Shown here: positions 1 to 14,585 of the stretch, piece by piece
How positions within the stretch are numbered: the stretch's first letter is position 1
Layout of the letters: each line of letters begins with the position of its first letter
Notes under the pieces: model-generated
Database searches by the model: none
Seen by the model: the letters and a program-made list of their open reading frames with translations, nothing else
What the model was told of the DNA's origin: nothing
Assembly: GCF_009914755.1 (NCBI RefSeq)
Contig: NC_060938.1
Source of the DNA: the human T2T-CHM13v2.0 reference genome, Homo sapiens
Length of the DNA: 64,000 nucleotides
Strand: one strand, 5' to 3'
Made by a program: the position numbers and the translations under genes

Positions 1-23
1 GCTCAGTGTATGAAATGTTAAGG

Positions 24-90
24 TGGATGAATGGATAGGTGAATGGATGGATAGATGGATGGAGGGATGGATGGATGAATGAGTGGATGA
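24..90 (+). repeat. (GGAT)n-like degenerate simple repeat
   Basis: Run of ggat/gaat/agat units. Confidence 0.85.
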
Positions 91-425
91 AAAGCGTGGT
101 AAACCCCTGAAAAAACGAAAGATGAAGTGAATATTTTTAAAAAATCAATTACAAGCAGATTTTTTGTGTTATTCCATAGTATAGGCTAGCTTAATATCAC
201 AATCACAGTAGATTACATGGCAGGCTAACAAAGTCTTATTTTGAAAATTGGACAGTTGTAGGCCTCCAACAGCCTGTGGAGCGAGGTTTGGTTTGTGGAA
301 GGGTGTTATTCCAGCAGAGAAGAATACCTTCCCTTCCCCGAACTCATCTGCTGCTGCATTAGTGCCCTCTATTGCTATGTTCCTTTTTTCTAGCTAGGCC
401 CTATTTCCACAGCTGGAGTATAAAC

Positions 426-740
<315 letters not shown>

Positions 741-1085
741 AGCTGGAGTATAAACCTTTTAAAGGCAGGACTCTGCCTGCAACATTGACTCCCCTGCCCC
801 CAGCACATGTCCGCTAACCTAAACCAATGGCTTTTTAATTTTTGCATATTTTTAAATAGTGCCTGTCCTTTGGTGCCACAGTTGTATAGCCTTAATGATA
901 CTTCTGCAAATAATGGGGATCCCTTTCTTTCTAAGATCCCGGTAATGCTGCTCATGCCACATTGGCTAATGCTGAGAGCTTATGACAACATGAAGAAATT
1001 CACTCCAGGGAGTAACAATCTGTGTCCTCTTTTCTCATCCCTAAATCCACCATTTCTTTTGGAAATAGGAATGATGTCTTTTTAT

Positions 1086-1211
1086 TTTTTTAATTTTTTG
1101 TTTAAACAATTACTGGTCTGTTGTCCAGGCTGGAGTACTGGGGTGCAATCATGGCTCACTGCAGCCTTGGCCTCCCTGGGCTCAAGTGATTCTCCCACCT
1201 CAGCCTCCCAA
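1086..1211 (-). mobile_element. 5'-truncated AluJ right-arm fragment
   Basis: AluJ-type catggctcactgcagcc...gggctcaagtgat; TSD atgtctttttat at 1074-1085 and 1212-1223. Confidence 0.85.
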
Positions 1212-1499
1212 ATGTCTTTTTATCATTGGCTCATTTTATTGCATTCAATGAATTGTTGGAAATTAGAGCCAGCCAAAAATTGTATAAATATTGGGCTGTG
1301 TCTGCTTCTCTGACACTAGATGAAGATGGCATTTGTGCCTGTGTGTCTGTGGGGTCCTCAGGAAGCTCTTCTCCTTGAGAGGCCTTGCCAGTGCCAGCCT
1401 CATCAGAGGGCAGCTTGGGAGGAGACCCCCCCCCCCCATGCTTATAGCTTGAATGGATTCCTGAGATGATGTTTCATGGTGCAGAGGCAGAAGAAGGGC

Positions 1500-1760
1500 G
1501 GGATAGTGAGTGGAAGAAGCATTGGCCATGAAATCAGAAAACCTTGATTTGAACTGTAACTCTCCTACTCACTACTTGTGTGATCTTGGCAATTTTCATC
1601 ATGTCTGTGAAATACATTGTACAGTGCGTGACAGGGAGTCAGCATTCACCATTTGCTAGTTTCCCTTGCCTCTCTGAGCCTGTTTCCTCATTATGATGCA
1701 TAAAAATATCACATACTTTAGCACTTGTCACATAAAACGTGCATAATGAATGCTTTTGAT
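1500..1760 (+). mobile_element. MIR fragments
   Basis: MIR core-like tgtgtgatcttggcaa and ctctctgagcctgtttcctcat. Confidence 0.6.
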
Positions 1761-2299
1761 TCCCTCCCCGTTTGCTGGTCCCGGGTACCACCCACACTGT
1801 TTGGCACTCCCTGTTTCTCTGTGTTGGATCTTCTTAAAGTGTTCTATTGGATGACCTTCACTTGTCCCTTGATGCCATGGTCAGAAATCATGGTCTATCT
1901 GCCAAGTGGACTTTCTTCCATCCAGTAGTTTCTGTCCATCCCTGACCACCCACTAGATCCTCCATTTACCCAGCACATGTTTCAAGATCCAGGATCTCCC
2001 ACTACTAAGTAAAAAAACTTGTGCTATTTGCCACTGGAAACTGACTTGAAAACACCGGAATCCAGAAGGTTTATTCTTGGGGCACTTCCTCTTCAAATTC
2101 CAGTACTTTTGGCATTTTTGACACAAATACAAATTTTATAAATTATTTCTTTAAAAATAAAGTATATAGGTTCATCGTAGAAGAAAAATTGACTTAAATA
2201 TAGATAATAACAAGGAAGAAAAAGTTCAGTTGTAATCCTATTATACACAGAGAACAATTATTTGTCACCTTGGTGGATAGCCTTTTAATTTTTATATAT

Positions 2300-2592
<293 letters not shown>

Positions 2593-2594
2593 CT

Positions 2595-2725
2595 TTATAT
2601 AAATGAATATATAATATATGTAATACATTTTATACAAATATACAAATAAATGCATATAATATAAAATGCATTAACATCTATTATATAAGTATATGTTAAA
2701 ATATTTTTAGTATATAGGTATGTAT
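2595..2725. repeat. AT-rich low-complexity tract
   Basis: Almost pure A/T with TATA runs. Confidence 0.75.
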
Positions 2726-3284
2726 TTGATCCATTGGCCTCTAACTATTCCATGTTTTCAGAAACACACACACAGTCTTAATGTTCTTAGAGTTTTATGG
2801 CTTATATTTTTTCCACCTGATTATCCCTTGTGCTACTGAATATAAATTATTGTTTAAACAAATCAATGCCTAGAACATTGCCTAGCCTATAGTAGTGTAC
2901 AATGAATAAATATTTTGAGAATAAATGAGAAAACATATCCTAATGTAATTTTTGTGTAAATTTTGAGCTTTCAATGTTGGATTTTCTTTTAAATGGGGTA
3001 AATCTGTTGATAAATTGTTATGAAAAGTTCACATGGAAAAAAAGCCTCATTTAAAGGGAGATTAAGATAGATCTTTACTAACATCTGTTGGTGAACCTGT
3101 CTGTCATAACTTTTCATTTTAGAACCGCACAGTGATTTAGCGTTGAATCCTATTTGGACTAATTTAAGCCTGCAAATCTGAAAACTATCTTTCCTTTAAA
3201 ATTTGAGGGCTTTAAGTGCAATGTTTTTAGGGATTGGACAAACAGTTACAAGAGGGACGAGTAGCCTTTGAATTCCCTGCCAGT

Positions 3285-3630
3285 AGGCACAAACCCTGAT
3301 GCCCCTAGGGGCTGGCAATGATTTCACAGGTTAAGTGGCGCCGATGGGAACCCACTGCAGTCACTCTGCAAAACTGGAGTGCGATGCATGACGGAGAGTC
3401 AGCGTTCACCCAGTGCTAGTTTCCAAAAGGCAGCCACTACTGAACTTTCATGTGGCAAGGTGGGGTCCAATGGCACCAGCTTGTTTTCTTTCTTCAGGAG
3501 AAGTAAAAAACTTGAAAAATTATGTGAAATTCTTGATTCTGAAATAATGGCAGCTCATTTAATTTAAAATATGAAACTATGCAAGCAAAACAAAATCCAC
3601 CTGAGAACAATGAGCCTCTGGGTTAAGCTG
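3285..3630 (-). mobile_element. MER102-like hAT-Charlie fossil
   Basis: Blocks match reverse of recalled MER102 consensus and the second copy at 17.8 kb. Confidence 0.55.
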
Positions 3631-4769
3631 AGGAACTGTTTAAATTGCCTAAAAGACCCCAGTTACTCAAATGCCAGGTGGAAGACTGCTTCAGAAGACT
3701 GGCTGGGTCTGCCTTCCTCAAGGGTGCGACACGTTGCTCTCATGAGCCAGATCTAGGTTCTCAGTGGCTCCTGCAGGAAGTCGTAAGTGGATGCAAGAAG
3801 TCCCAAGCTGGCAGTCTGCCAGGTGATTCCAGTAGGTAATGTCAGTTCAAATAGGGGAGACTGCCAATACCTGTGACCTGGCACAGTGAATTGGCAAGCA
3901 GATCAGAAAGAGATCTTAATACATTGTGAATAAGTCCTGATTTCTAGAGAGATCTCCAAGGTTGAATTATTAAAACCCTCACATTTACCTCCTCTTGGAG
4001 CTCTGTTGGAGTTAAAAGTCTCTACTGAATCTTAAAAAGGACGCAAATGTCAAAAAGAGACAAATCCCAGCCAAGTGATGGGAAATGTGATTTCAGGATA
4101 ATAGCATCTGCTCATTGGTCATTAAAATACATTATTTCCAATGAATGCCCTTAACTCTGCAGGATGGGAACATAGCTTTAATCAGACAGGTTCCCAGATC
4201 AGAGTACATCAAAACACAAGCAGCAGATTCTGTGCTGCCTGATCAACAGAGGAAAGAAATTCAGAACATTTTCTTTTACATTTAAAATGCTTTATGAGGG
4301 AAATGGGTAGTTAGTCATATTTATTATTGAGCATTTATAAGAATACTTGCTTATTGTTTTATTTCCTTATTATTTATTTTGAGCTGAGTTTCTGGTTATT
4401 AAGAAAGGGTCCTCTTTCTTAAAGGGTAGATACCTGATTGTGCAGCTAAAAGGAGCTAAAAGGTGCATCAGAACTGAAACACCTGCCTAGAGGTAGGAAA
4501 GGGATCAGATTTTCTCTAGGGATACCTACTGATCAGTTCTAAGAGACACAAGTTCCTGAAGGAGTTCATTTTTCTGGTGGCTTTTTCTAACGCTGCTTTG
4601 GTCCTGAAGGAGTTGCAGATAATGAATAGCTAAGAGAAGACGGTGGAGTTTACCGAGCGGATGAGGGGCAGGCTGTGAATTTAGTAGGAAAAGAGAAATG
4701 GGTCTGTGAAAATCTCTAGGAAGATGAGAACAAACTTGTACTTGAACATCAAAATAGCACCCTAATATC

Positions 4770-5860
4770 TTATTAGCAGCAAGCATACTTGGTGCCCAGG
4801 TGTTGATTTCCAAGGCCATTATCCAATAAAAAGAACCAGGGATTCTTGGAGACACGAATGATTCTAGGGCTGGAGCAAAAAAATATACAAGATGAACCTA
4901 GGGCACCCTGTAGAGCCAGAAAATAAGCAAGTTCTAAAACAAAACAAAGGCCAAAACTTACAATGATGAGACTATATTCAAAGGAACACAGGAGCCAACT
5001 GAAAGAGCTCCCAATGGCCAAAGCTGGAACAATTTGACAAATAAAATAAATAAATAAGCATTTGGATTATATCTCAAAATACAAAATAAATATCCATGAG
5101 TCCATGTTATAAATAAATGATTGAATAAATAAATAGTATAAAAGAGACAAATCTCCCAAGCAGAAAAATTCCATATTTTGTGGAGATACTCTGGCCTCAA
5201 GGAGATGGAATGTAACTCCCAATTCCTTAATTGAGGCTGTGTATAGTAACTTCCTTCCAAAGAGTATAGTCTGGGAAGAAGCAAAAGAGTAACTTTACAG
5301 TGGGGAAACCTTACAAACAGTACCTCAACCGGGTGCTCAAGATCACCAGCACAGTGACAAGTCATGTTGATGCTATGTTATCCTTGATATGATGTGATGA
5401 AAATGGCATCTGTGGAATCTGTGACTTTCTCCCCAGAATCCATGACCACAGTCTAGTCATGAGAAAAACATCAGACAAATCCCAATAAAGGGACATTCTA
5501 CAAAATATCCGACTGGTACTCCCGAAATTGACTGTTCAGGTCACTGAAAGCAAGGAAAGCCTGATAAACTGCCACGGCCACGAGGAGTCTAAGGACACAT
5601 CCAATTTCCATTCGCATCCAAAATGGAATCCGAGACAGAAAGAGGACCTTAGGTGAGAACTAAAGAAATGGGAACAAAAGTATGGACTGTAGTTATTGAC
5701 ACTGCATCAATTTTGTTTCTTTAGTGCTAATAAGTATACCGCAAAATGTAAGATGTTAATAATAGGAGAACCTGGGCACATGGTACATGGGAACTCTGTG
5801 CTATTTTCACAATTTTTCTGTAAATCTAAACTGTTCTGAGACATAAAGTTGGTTTTTAAA
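4770..5860 (+). mobile_element. L1MC-type 3' UTR fragment
   Basis: aagaaccagggattcttggaga, gagaaaaacatcagacaaatccca and terminal tgggaactctgtgctattttcacaatttttctgtaaatctaaa are typical of L1MC 3' ends. Confidence 0.8.
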
Positions 5861-5992
5861 AGAGCCATCCTGGCCTGCACTAGGAAATACTTACTCGATG
5901 CATTGTGGACCCTTCCTCCAATTCAAGATGTCTCAAGTAGCTTTCTTGGTTAAAAGGGCAGTGATGTAAAAACAGGCATCATTTTACCAAAG

Positions 5993-6008
5993 GGCCACCA
6001 GATGGCTG
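5993..6008 (+). promoter_or_regulatory. Candidate CTCF site
   Basis: GGCCACCAGATGGCTG fits the CCASYAGRKGGC core; motif only. Confidence 0.35.
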
Positions 6009-6367
6009 TCATCTGGCAGAAGTCTACTTCCTGGGCTTTCTAGATGCATACATGACTATCACTGGGAGCATTCAACCTCCAAAGAAGAGTTCTACTAATT
6101 ATGTCTGTCTAAATAATGTGATAAATTTAAGTTTCAAGTGATAGCAGTTAGTTCACATTGTAAATATACAACTCAGTTTGTCTGTACCAAATTTAAAACA
6201 AATTTGCCTACTGTGTCCCAGGAAATATTTCAGCCAGGTACCTTTGATTTTCACAATTGGGCTATGTAGAAATTGCTTTTGGAGACAATTAATTGGAAGC
6301 ACTTATAAGGTTGTAGCTTTAATTACATACTGATGTAGTCTGCTCCTGGTTAAAAAGGCACCCCATA

Positions 6368-6693
<326 letters not shown>

Positions 6694-7852
6694 TTAAAGA
6701 AAAAAATACTACTGTTGAAGTTGCTGTTAATTACATGTTGGGTACTGCTTACTTCCTATGTAAGGTCCAAATTCTTTGGATGATTTGTTCAAAAGTTGGA
6801 ACAAGAGATATGCAGAGGCACTTTATAATCACCTTTTGCCTTCTGAGGTAGTCATTTGTACCTACCTCAGCTACTCATAATCTCCTTCAAAACTAGGGCT
6901 AAGTATTGATGGCCTTTGTGTTTCCCATGCAACTGCCAAAGGGCCTTGCATCAACACATTTTGGTGAATTAGTTAAACAAGGTACACCTCTGCTGTTCCT
7001 AGGACTTAACTGAAGGCTTAGACTGGAATCACAGAATAGTCAGAATGTGCCATCTTGATTACTGCTTCCTTTCTACCCACAGACATCAATGGTAAAATCA
7101 GACACTTTTGTTCTCTCAGATTTCTGTATTTTAATGTACTATAAATTACATATTTGAATGCACTGTATTCATTTTTCATATCAATCACTGAATAATTAGA
7201 AGGTATTTCTTCTTAACAAGTGTCAAAACATTTCATAGCCCCAGTTTACTTTGTAGAATTTCACATTGTGAGTAGGTGAGAGCCTTAATCATCAGAGTCA
7301 AACCTTAAGTGCTAAAATCCGCTCTGTGGTGACATTTACTTAATTGCTTTACAAGACTGAGGCTCAGTCAAGTTTGTCTTCCTCAGCAACTCTTCCTTTT
7401 TATCTAATTATGCATTTAGATGGAGTCCCTGGTGGTGGGGAGGGAGGCGACAGGGGTATTGGCCTTAGGCAAAGTTTCTGTTCCAAAGGAGATTTAGTCC
7501 GTTATTATGTCTAAACTTTCCAATTCGTAGTCCATTCTAGTTTTTAGGAGGATTAATGTACATCCTATCTGCAATATAGTAATATTAGCCTTATCCATCA
7601 TTGAAGAGTGAGCTCACCACCTAGTTCTTTCCCGAGCTGCCCCTGTCTCCTTCTCTACCCCTTCCACCATAATCCATAGCTTCAACCAAAACTTCTATTC
7701 AAGTGGCTTCCAAATCCAGATCTAAATCTCTGACCTTTATTCTAAACCCAAGATGCCTGCTTTTCCAGACTCACAAATTTTACTTTTTGAGGAACCATAT
7801 TATTTTTTCCTGACACTTATCACGATGCTTTGCAGGCTATAAGAAAGTAATA

Positions 7853-7970
7853 AACTGGGCATGGTGGTATGTGCCTATAATCCCAGCTATTCTGAGGCTG
7901 AGCGGGGAGGATTGCTTGAGCCCTAGAATGTGAGTTTAGCCTGGGCAACATAGTGAGACCCTGTCTGAAA
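7853..7970 (+). mobile_element. FLAM Alu monomer, followed by GA-rich tail to ~8015
   Basis: Single Alu monomer ending gcctgggcaacatagtgagaccctgtct. Confidence 0.8.
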
Positions 7971-8024
7971 AGAGGAAAAGAAGAAGGAAGAAAGGAAAGA
8001 AGGAAGGAAGGAAATGAGCAAATG

Positions 8025-9015
8025 AAGCATTATTCACAATAGCCAAGATATGTAATCAACCTAGGTGTCCATCAATGGATGAGAAAATGTGACATATATA
8101 TATATATATACACACATACATACATACATACATAGGAATATTATTCAGCCTTTAAAGAGAAGAAGGAAATCCTGTCACTTTCAATGACATGGATGAACCT
8201 GGAAGACATTATGCTAAGTGGTATAAGCCAGGCACAGAAAGCCAAATACAGCATGATCTCACCTCTTTGTAGAATCTAAAACAGTCAAACTCAACTAGTG
8301 GGATAGTGGTTATCAGGGGCTAGGGCAAGGCTAGGGCAGGGTGATGGTAGGGGGAGCCAGGGAGAGGGGTTGGAAAATGTTCTTCAAATGATACACAATT
8401 TCAGTTAGACAGGAAACATAAATTCAGGACATCTGTACAACATGGTTACTAGAATTAGTAACAATGTATTGTATACTTGAAAATTGCTAAGAGAATAGAT
8501 TTTAAATGTTCTCATCACAAAACAAAATAAATATGTGAGGTAATAGATATATTAATTAGTTTGATTTAGCCATTCCCCAGTGTATTCGTATATCAAAATA
8601 CCATGTTGGGACACAAAGAAGGGAACAACAGACACCGGGACCTACTTGAAGGTCGAGAGAGGGAGGAGGGTGAGGTTGGAAAAACTACCTTTTGGGTACT
8701 AGGCTTACTACCTAGGTGACAAAATAATTTGTACACCAAACCCCTGTGACACACAACTTACCTATATAACAAACCTGCATGTGTGTACCCCTGAACTAAA
8801 ATAAAAGTTAAAAAAAAAAGACAATTGGTAAGGAAAGTATGATTATTATTTGAAGTTTTCATGAAGATACCGAAAGATACAAAGATGATTTTTTGTTAAT
8901 AATTTGTTTACAATTGTATAGTTGTCTTTTATTCTCAATAAATTATTGAATTCCTTAAAAAAATGTTGTAAACCATTAATATATACAATTTTCATTTTTT
9001 AATAAATACCTTTTT
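8025..9015 (+). mobile_element. L1MA 3' end, interrupted at 8609-8962
   Basis: ORF2 end/3' UTR motifs (ttcacaatagccaaga, atggatgaacctggaagacattatgctaagtg); resumes at atgttgtaaaccattaatatatacaa. Confidence 0.85.
8609..8820 (+). mobile_element. 5'-truncated L1PA (about PA13-16) 3' end nested in L1MA
   Basis: ggacacaaagaagggaacaacagacac...aacaaacctgcatgtg...ctaaaataaaagtt plus A tail. Confidence 0.85.
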
Positions 9016-9028
9016 AAAAATTAAATGA

Positions 9029-9337
<309 letters not shown>

Positions 9338-10176
9338 TAAATGAGCAAATGAATAACTGAGTATATAATATGGAAAACAAAAGCCAACTCTCTTAGGAGC
9401 TAAAAATTTTAGCCATTTTAAATGAGAAGTCTCCAAAAATGTCATAATATAGTATAATTATATAATTACATGCCTTTCCCAATAAAATCTACTAAATATA
9501 ATTTAATCTTTTTTCTTTTTACTTAGAGACCACCCTTATGAATATCAGTTACTATATAACATGTGGTAACATAGTAGCCCTTAGGTGTTTTAACTATTTG
9601 AGAAAATTTGCCCTCCTCTAAAGGAGTTTTTTTGTCTGCTTTTCATATTCTTCACTGTCAGGATGCCACCTGTCATTTCTTGCTATCACTGGTGTCTGTA
9701 CCTCCAGCATCAGCCCCACCCTTGTTCCCTGATTGTACCACTCTTTGCCAAATTTTATGACTTAACTGCTATGAGTTAGGAAACCCTATAGCTTTGCTTT
9801 TAGACATTTCTAAACAAAAAGTAAGCTCTAAGCAAGGCCTTGAGGAGCTACTTTATGAGTACAGTGTGTGGATTGGTTTCAGTCCATTTTATCCACACTG
9901 AAACATTTTGTTGCCACATTTCTTAGTTTAACTGTCCTAGATAAATGAAGTTGCTAGGTGAGAGAAAGTTGCATATCAACATACCCCGGCAAATAGGCCT
10001 TCATTTGATTTGGTACCTATTCTCTGATTCTAGAGAATATACTAACTCTCACTCAGAAAAGAAATAAGATCTGTAAATGTAAATTCAATTGGAAAATGTT
10101 ATTTATTCCATCCATCTCCCTATTTAAAGGTCATAATTTTTGCCTTCTTCTGCAAGACTTCAACCATCATTGTTTT

Positions 10177-10390
10177 CAGTGTTTCTCAAAGTGTGGTCCT
10201 TAGACCAGCTGCATCAGAAACACTCAGAGTGCACGTTAACAAGCAGATTCTTTGGTCCTACCCTTGGTCAATCCAATCAGAATCCTCCGGTGGTGATGGT
10301 ATATTCCACGTTACCTTTTTTTGTTTTTTTTTTTTTAAGCAAGCCTTCCTTGTGATAAATTCTCAGGCATATGAGAGTTTACATCACCAA
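10177..10390. mobile_element. MER5-type hAT MITE
   Basis: cagtgtttctcaaagtgtggtcc...gcatcagaa start. Confidence 0.7.
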
Positions 10391-11325
10391 GCTAGAATGA
10401 CTCCTCTGACATTCTTCACAATTCCCTTCCACCAACCCTTCCTCCTATCTCTATGCTTTCTTTTCCAGTTTCATACATTCTGCTTATCCACTATTTCTTG
10501 AATTTTTCTCTTCTCCAGACCTCCAAATTCAGAACCTTCCTTTGAATATTTTATGACCATCCATCTTTCCCTAATCAAGAACAAATAAGGTAATCATTTT
10601 TTCCTGAACATAAAATTTCTGCAATATGCCTATCCCCTTCCCTGAGCCTGCAAGATTGATAGATGGGTTATACAAAGTGGTGGAAACACTTTTTCTGGAA
10701 GTTTTTCAGAAGTGAGTATAAGCACAGTCATGTTCATAGGTAGAAAGAGAACTGGATGACTTATAAAGCCATTTCCAGGCGTGCCTAGAGTCTTTACATT
10801 GTAAATACTAACTTAATTTATTAATTTTCTGTCCATTCCTTTTTAAGACATTTCTGCTAGTCTTTTGTCTTTATATTTTGAAGCTTTTCTATCCTGGGAC
10901 TATACTTTATAATCATGTTGTATCTCTTATAATAGTAGACACTAGCAATCTGCAATACATTTATGGACATGGAATAAATCCATATTGATCTATACTTTGC
11001 ATTCTTGTTTTCTGTATCACAATTGAGGTGTGAGAAGGCAGAGTCTCACCTAATACAATGAAATAAACATCACCCAACACAGAATTGAATTAAGTTTTAT
11101 CCTTATTTAAATTTTCTCTGATGAAAAATTCGTAAAATAAAAGGTTTTATATCAGTGTCATATATTTATGTACCAAATTACACCCTGAATGGAGTAGTAA
11201 TAGTAATATTCATGTAGGCCGGCAACAGTGTTTCAGAAGCTGCATGGGAGACAGACAGGCTTGGTATAACAGCCAAGTGGGCAGGTGATCTCTGTTGACA
11301 TCCCACTCCTTTGCATTGATCCTAC

Positions 11326-11625
<300 letters not shown>

Positions 11626-13634
11626 GATCTCACTTTTTTTAGTTACCCAGAGTCCTCTCAAAGGTGCCCTTCCTACATCCTACCATGACCTGTTCACCCA
11701 CAAATTTCTCCAAACTCCAAAATTACTCTTGGTCTCTCTTTAATAAAAGTTTTGGTAGTAGGGAGAAAGTAATCTGATGTTTGCATTTTATTTAAAAAGT
11801 TTATTGAATAAAATTAATGTTGGATTATTGACATCTATGTGGTCCACATTCTTAAGCCCCTCTTCCTGCTGTCAGAAGACTATGAGTTAGTAACTTGCCG
11901 TCCCACTTGAAAACATCTTGGTTTGGGGAAGACAGAGCTAAATTGTGGGTACAGAATATTTGCCCTTTGAATCTAGGTAACTTAAGATGAAGTCTTTCTG
12001 TAGGAGGCAGTTACACCAGCTGCCTTTCAAGGATGAATCAGGATTCAGATGAATTCAGCCTCACATGATTTCTTTATATCAATGACAACATTGATTTCTC
12101 AGACTATCAATATGGTCTTTCTCTTGTGGCCTCTAACCCTAACCCTGTAACAAAGAAGGCATTTTTAATCACTGAGGGCTAAAATATAGAATTGAATGAA
12201 GGCAAGCAATTCCATTTGGAATGTCCCATCAGCATTGGAAGGGACCTCCTTTGTACTGCAGCCTGCTGTGGCTAAGCACTAAGAATGTATTGTGAACTAC
12301 CAGTGCTCAGGGAGCAGCCGGGGAAGTATCTTCTCTAGACAACAGAGGCTGAAGCTGTGAATCACGCATTTAAGTAACAGAGTTGTAGGCAAATAGCAAT
12401 AGACTTGTAAGCAAAGATTATATTGAATTTGACAACAGGCTTGGGTGTTTTGTTTATTTATTTATTTATTTTGATGACTTCAACCTGACATTGACCTGAT
12501 GAGCTCAGAAAAATAGTCTTGAGCTGAAGAGCACTCACTTCCCAGCAGAGATTTCCATGTTAATGGATATGTCAACCTTATTCAGTGAAAAAGAAGGTCA
12601 AGGGCATCCAAATAATACATATAATCCTTTCAGGCTATTTTAATTGAGTTTTTCAGTATCATAGTTCACTAAGAAGAAAAAGGGGAGAAATCATCACAAA
12701 TTCATTTTGATTGTTATCCCAAATGAAAAAAATATATATTTAGTTTATCTTTGCTAGAAAATCTGATCTTGTAGAACAATCCTGGTGTTAAACCATTTTC
12801 TAAAACTACATTTCCAGAATTAGCCAATTCAGCTTCTTTTTCTATTCTGTAGAATTTGGCCAGAATCAAAGATTCCCACCGTGGCTTTTTTATCTGCCTT
12901 TTAGGGCCCAAGTCCGGCATCAATTGCTCCTTCAACTCCAAGACGAGTTGAGCGATGAGTATTTGAGGAAGAGCACTGCAAAGTAAATTTCCATCTTTCA
13001 CCCCCACATTTCTATCCCGCCCATCCCTGCATCTGCAGGCTCTATGATCAAAAATAAATATCTTGCTTTCTTAATCAGAATTTAGGTATCAACCAAAGAT
13101 TGCCTGCATCCAGGGACTAATGGGAATAGGTCACAGGAGATTAGATCTAGATCTTACCCAGGTTGACAATCTCTATCTAGGAGGTCATGCATGGTAGCAT
13201 TTATCAGGAAGCAGAAGATAGCATGCATATTGCTCAGGCCACATGGCACCCTGCGATCTTCAAGCTGGCCCAGGTATATATACTGTGGAGACACAGTTTT
13301 GTAAAAACTCTGATGCCAAAGTAGTTCAGAATGAGTACGAGTGGGAAGTCAACCATGCGTGGGGACTGCATGAGCCCCCTGAAGTGTTAGTCTAGATAAA
13401 GCTTCTCCAGTTTATTTCTTGGCAAAGAGCATTCCCTCACTCCAACCCAAGGGCAATTTCTATACAGTGGCTAAATATCTAAACAGGTTATCATAATGGG
13501 TTGGGAGAATATATTACCAAGAAGATTTGAGTCAGTACAGCTTTCTTCCTGCATAAGACTTGATAACCTGAATTAAATTAAACATGATGGGTTGATTAAG
13601 AAACACAATTTGCATGGTAGTAATTATTAATGGC

Positions 13635-14135
13635 TCCAGCTACTATTGCTGCACAGGAAACCACCCCAAAACTTAGTGGCACAAAATAGACATTTATGAT
13701 ACTCTTGGATATAGAATTCTCTGCTGGTCAAGAATTCAGACGGGACATAGTAAGGATAGTTTGTCTCTTTGCACAACGTCTGGGACCTCAGCTAGGGAGA
13801 CTCATGACCTGGGGGTGATTTGATGACTCAGGGCTGAAGTGATTTTGAGGTTTCTTTCTGCCATGTCTGGCAGTTGATGTTGACTGTAGGCAGAGAGCAC
13901 AGTAGGCTGCTGACCGATGTGTAGCATCGCCAGCATGGCAGCCTCAGAAGAGCCAGACTTCTTCCACGGTGACTAGCTCCTCCCAGAGTGAGTATCCCAG
14001 GAGAACCAGGAGGAAGCTTTATGGTCTTTTCTGACCTAGCCTCATACAGCATCATTTCCATAGTAAAAGAATTATCGCTTACAAGTCCAGATTCAAGGGG
14101 CAGAGTGAAAGACCCCATCTCTCAATGTATCAGAG
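13635..14135 (-). mobile_element. MLT1 (MaLR) solo LTR, F/G/H-like
   Basis: attgctgc...ccaccccaaaacttagtggc and ccagattcaagggg motifs. Confidence 0.75.
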
Positions 14136-14225
14136 AATTTTTATATAAGATTTAAATGTTTTCAAATTGCCTCATTCATATAAGGCATAGCCATCAAGAG
14201 CTAGAGCCATGGTAGAAAAAAGCTA

Positions 14226-14585
<360 letters not shown>

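Noticed and set aside
807-1313. Longest ORF (168 aa)
   Set aside because: Runs through an antisense AluJ fragment and low-complexity DNA; no recognisable domain.
8315-8375. G-run clusters (also 25510-25560) as G-quadruplexes
   Set aside because: Ordinary G-rich tract of L1 3' UTRs.
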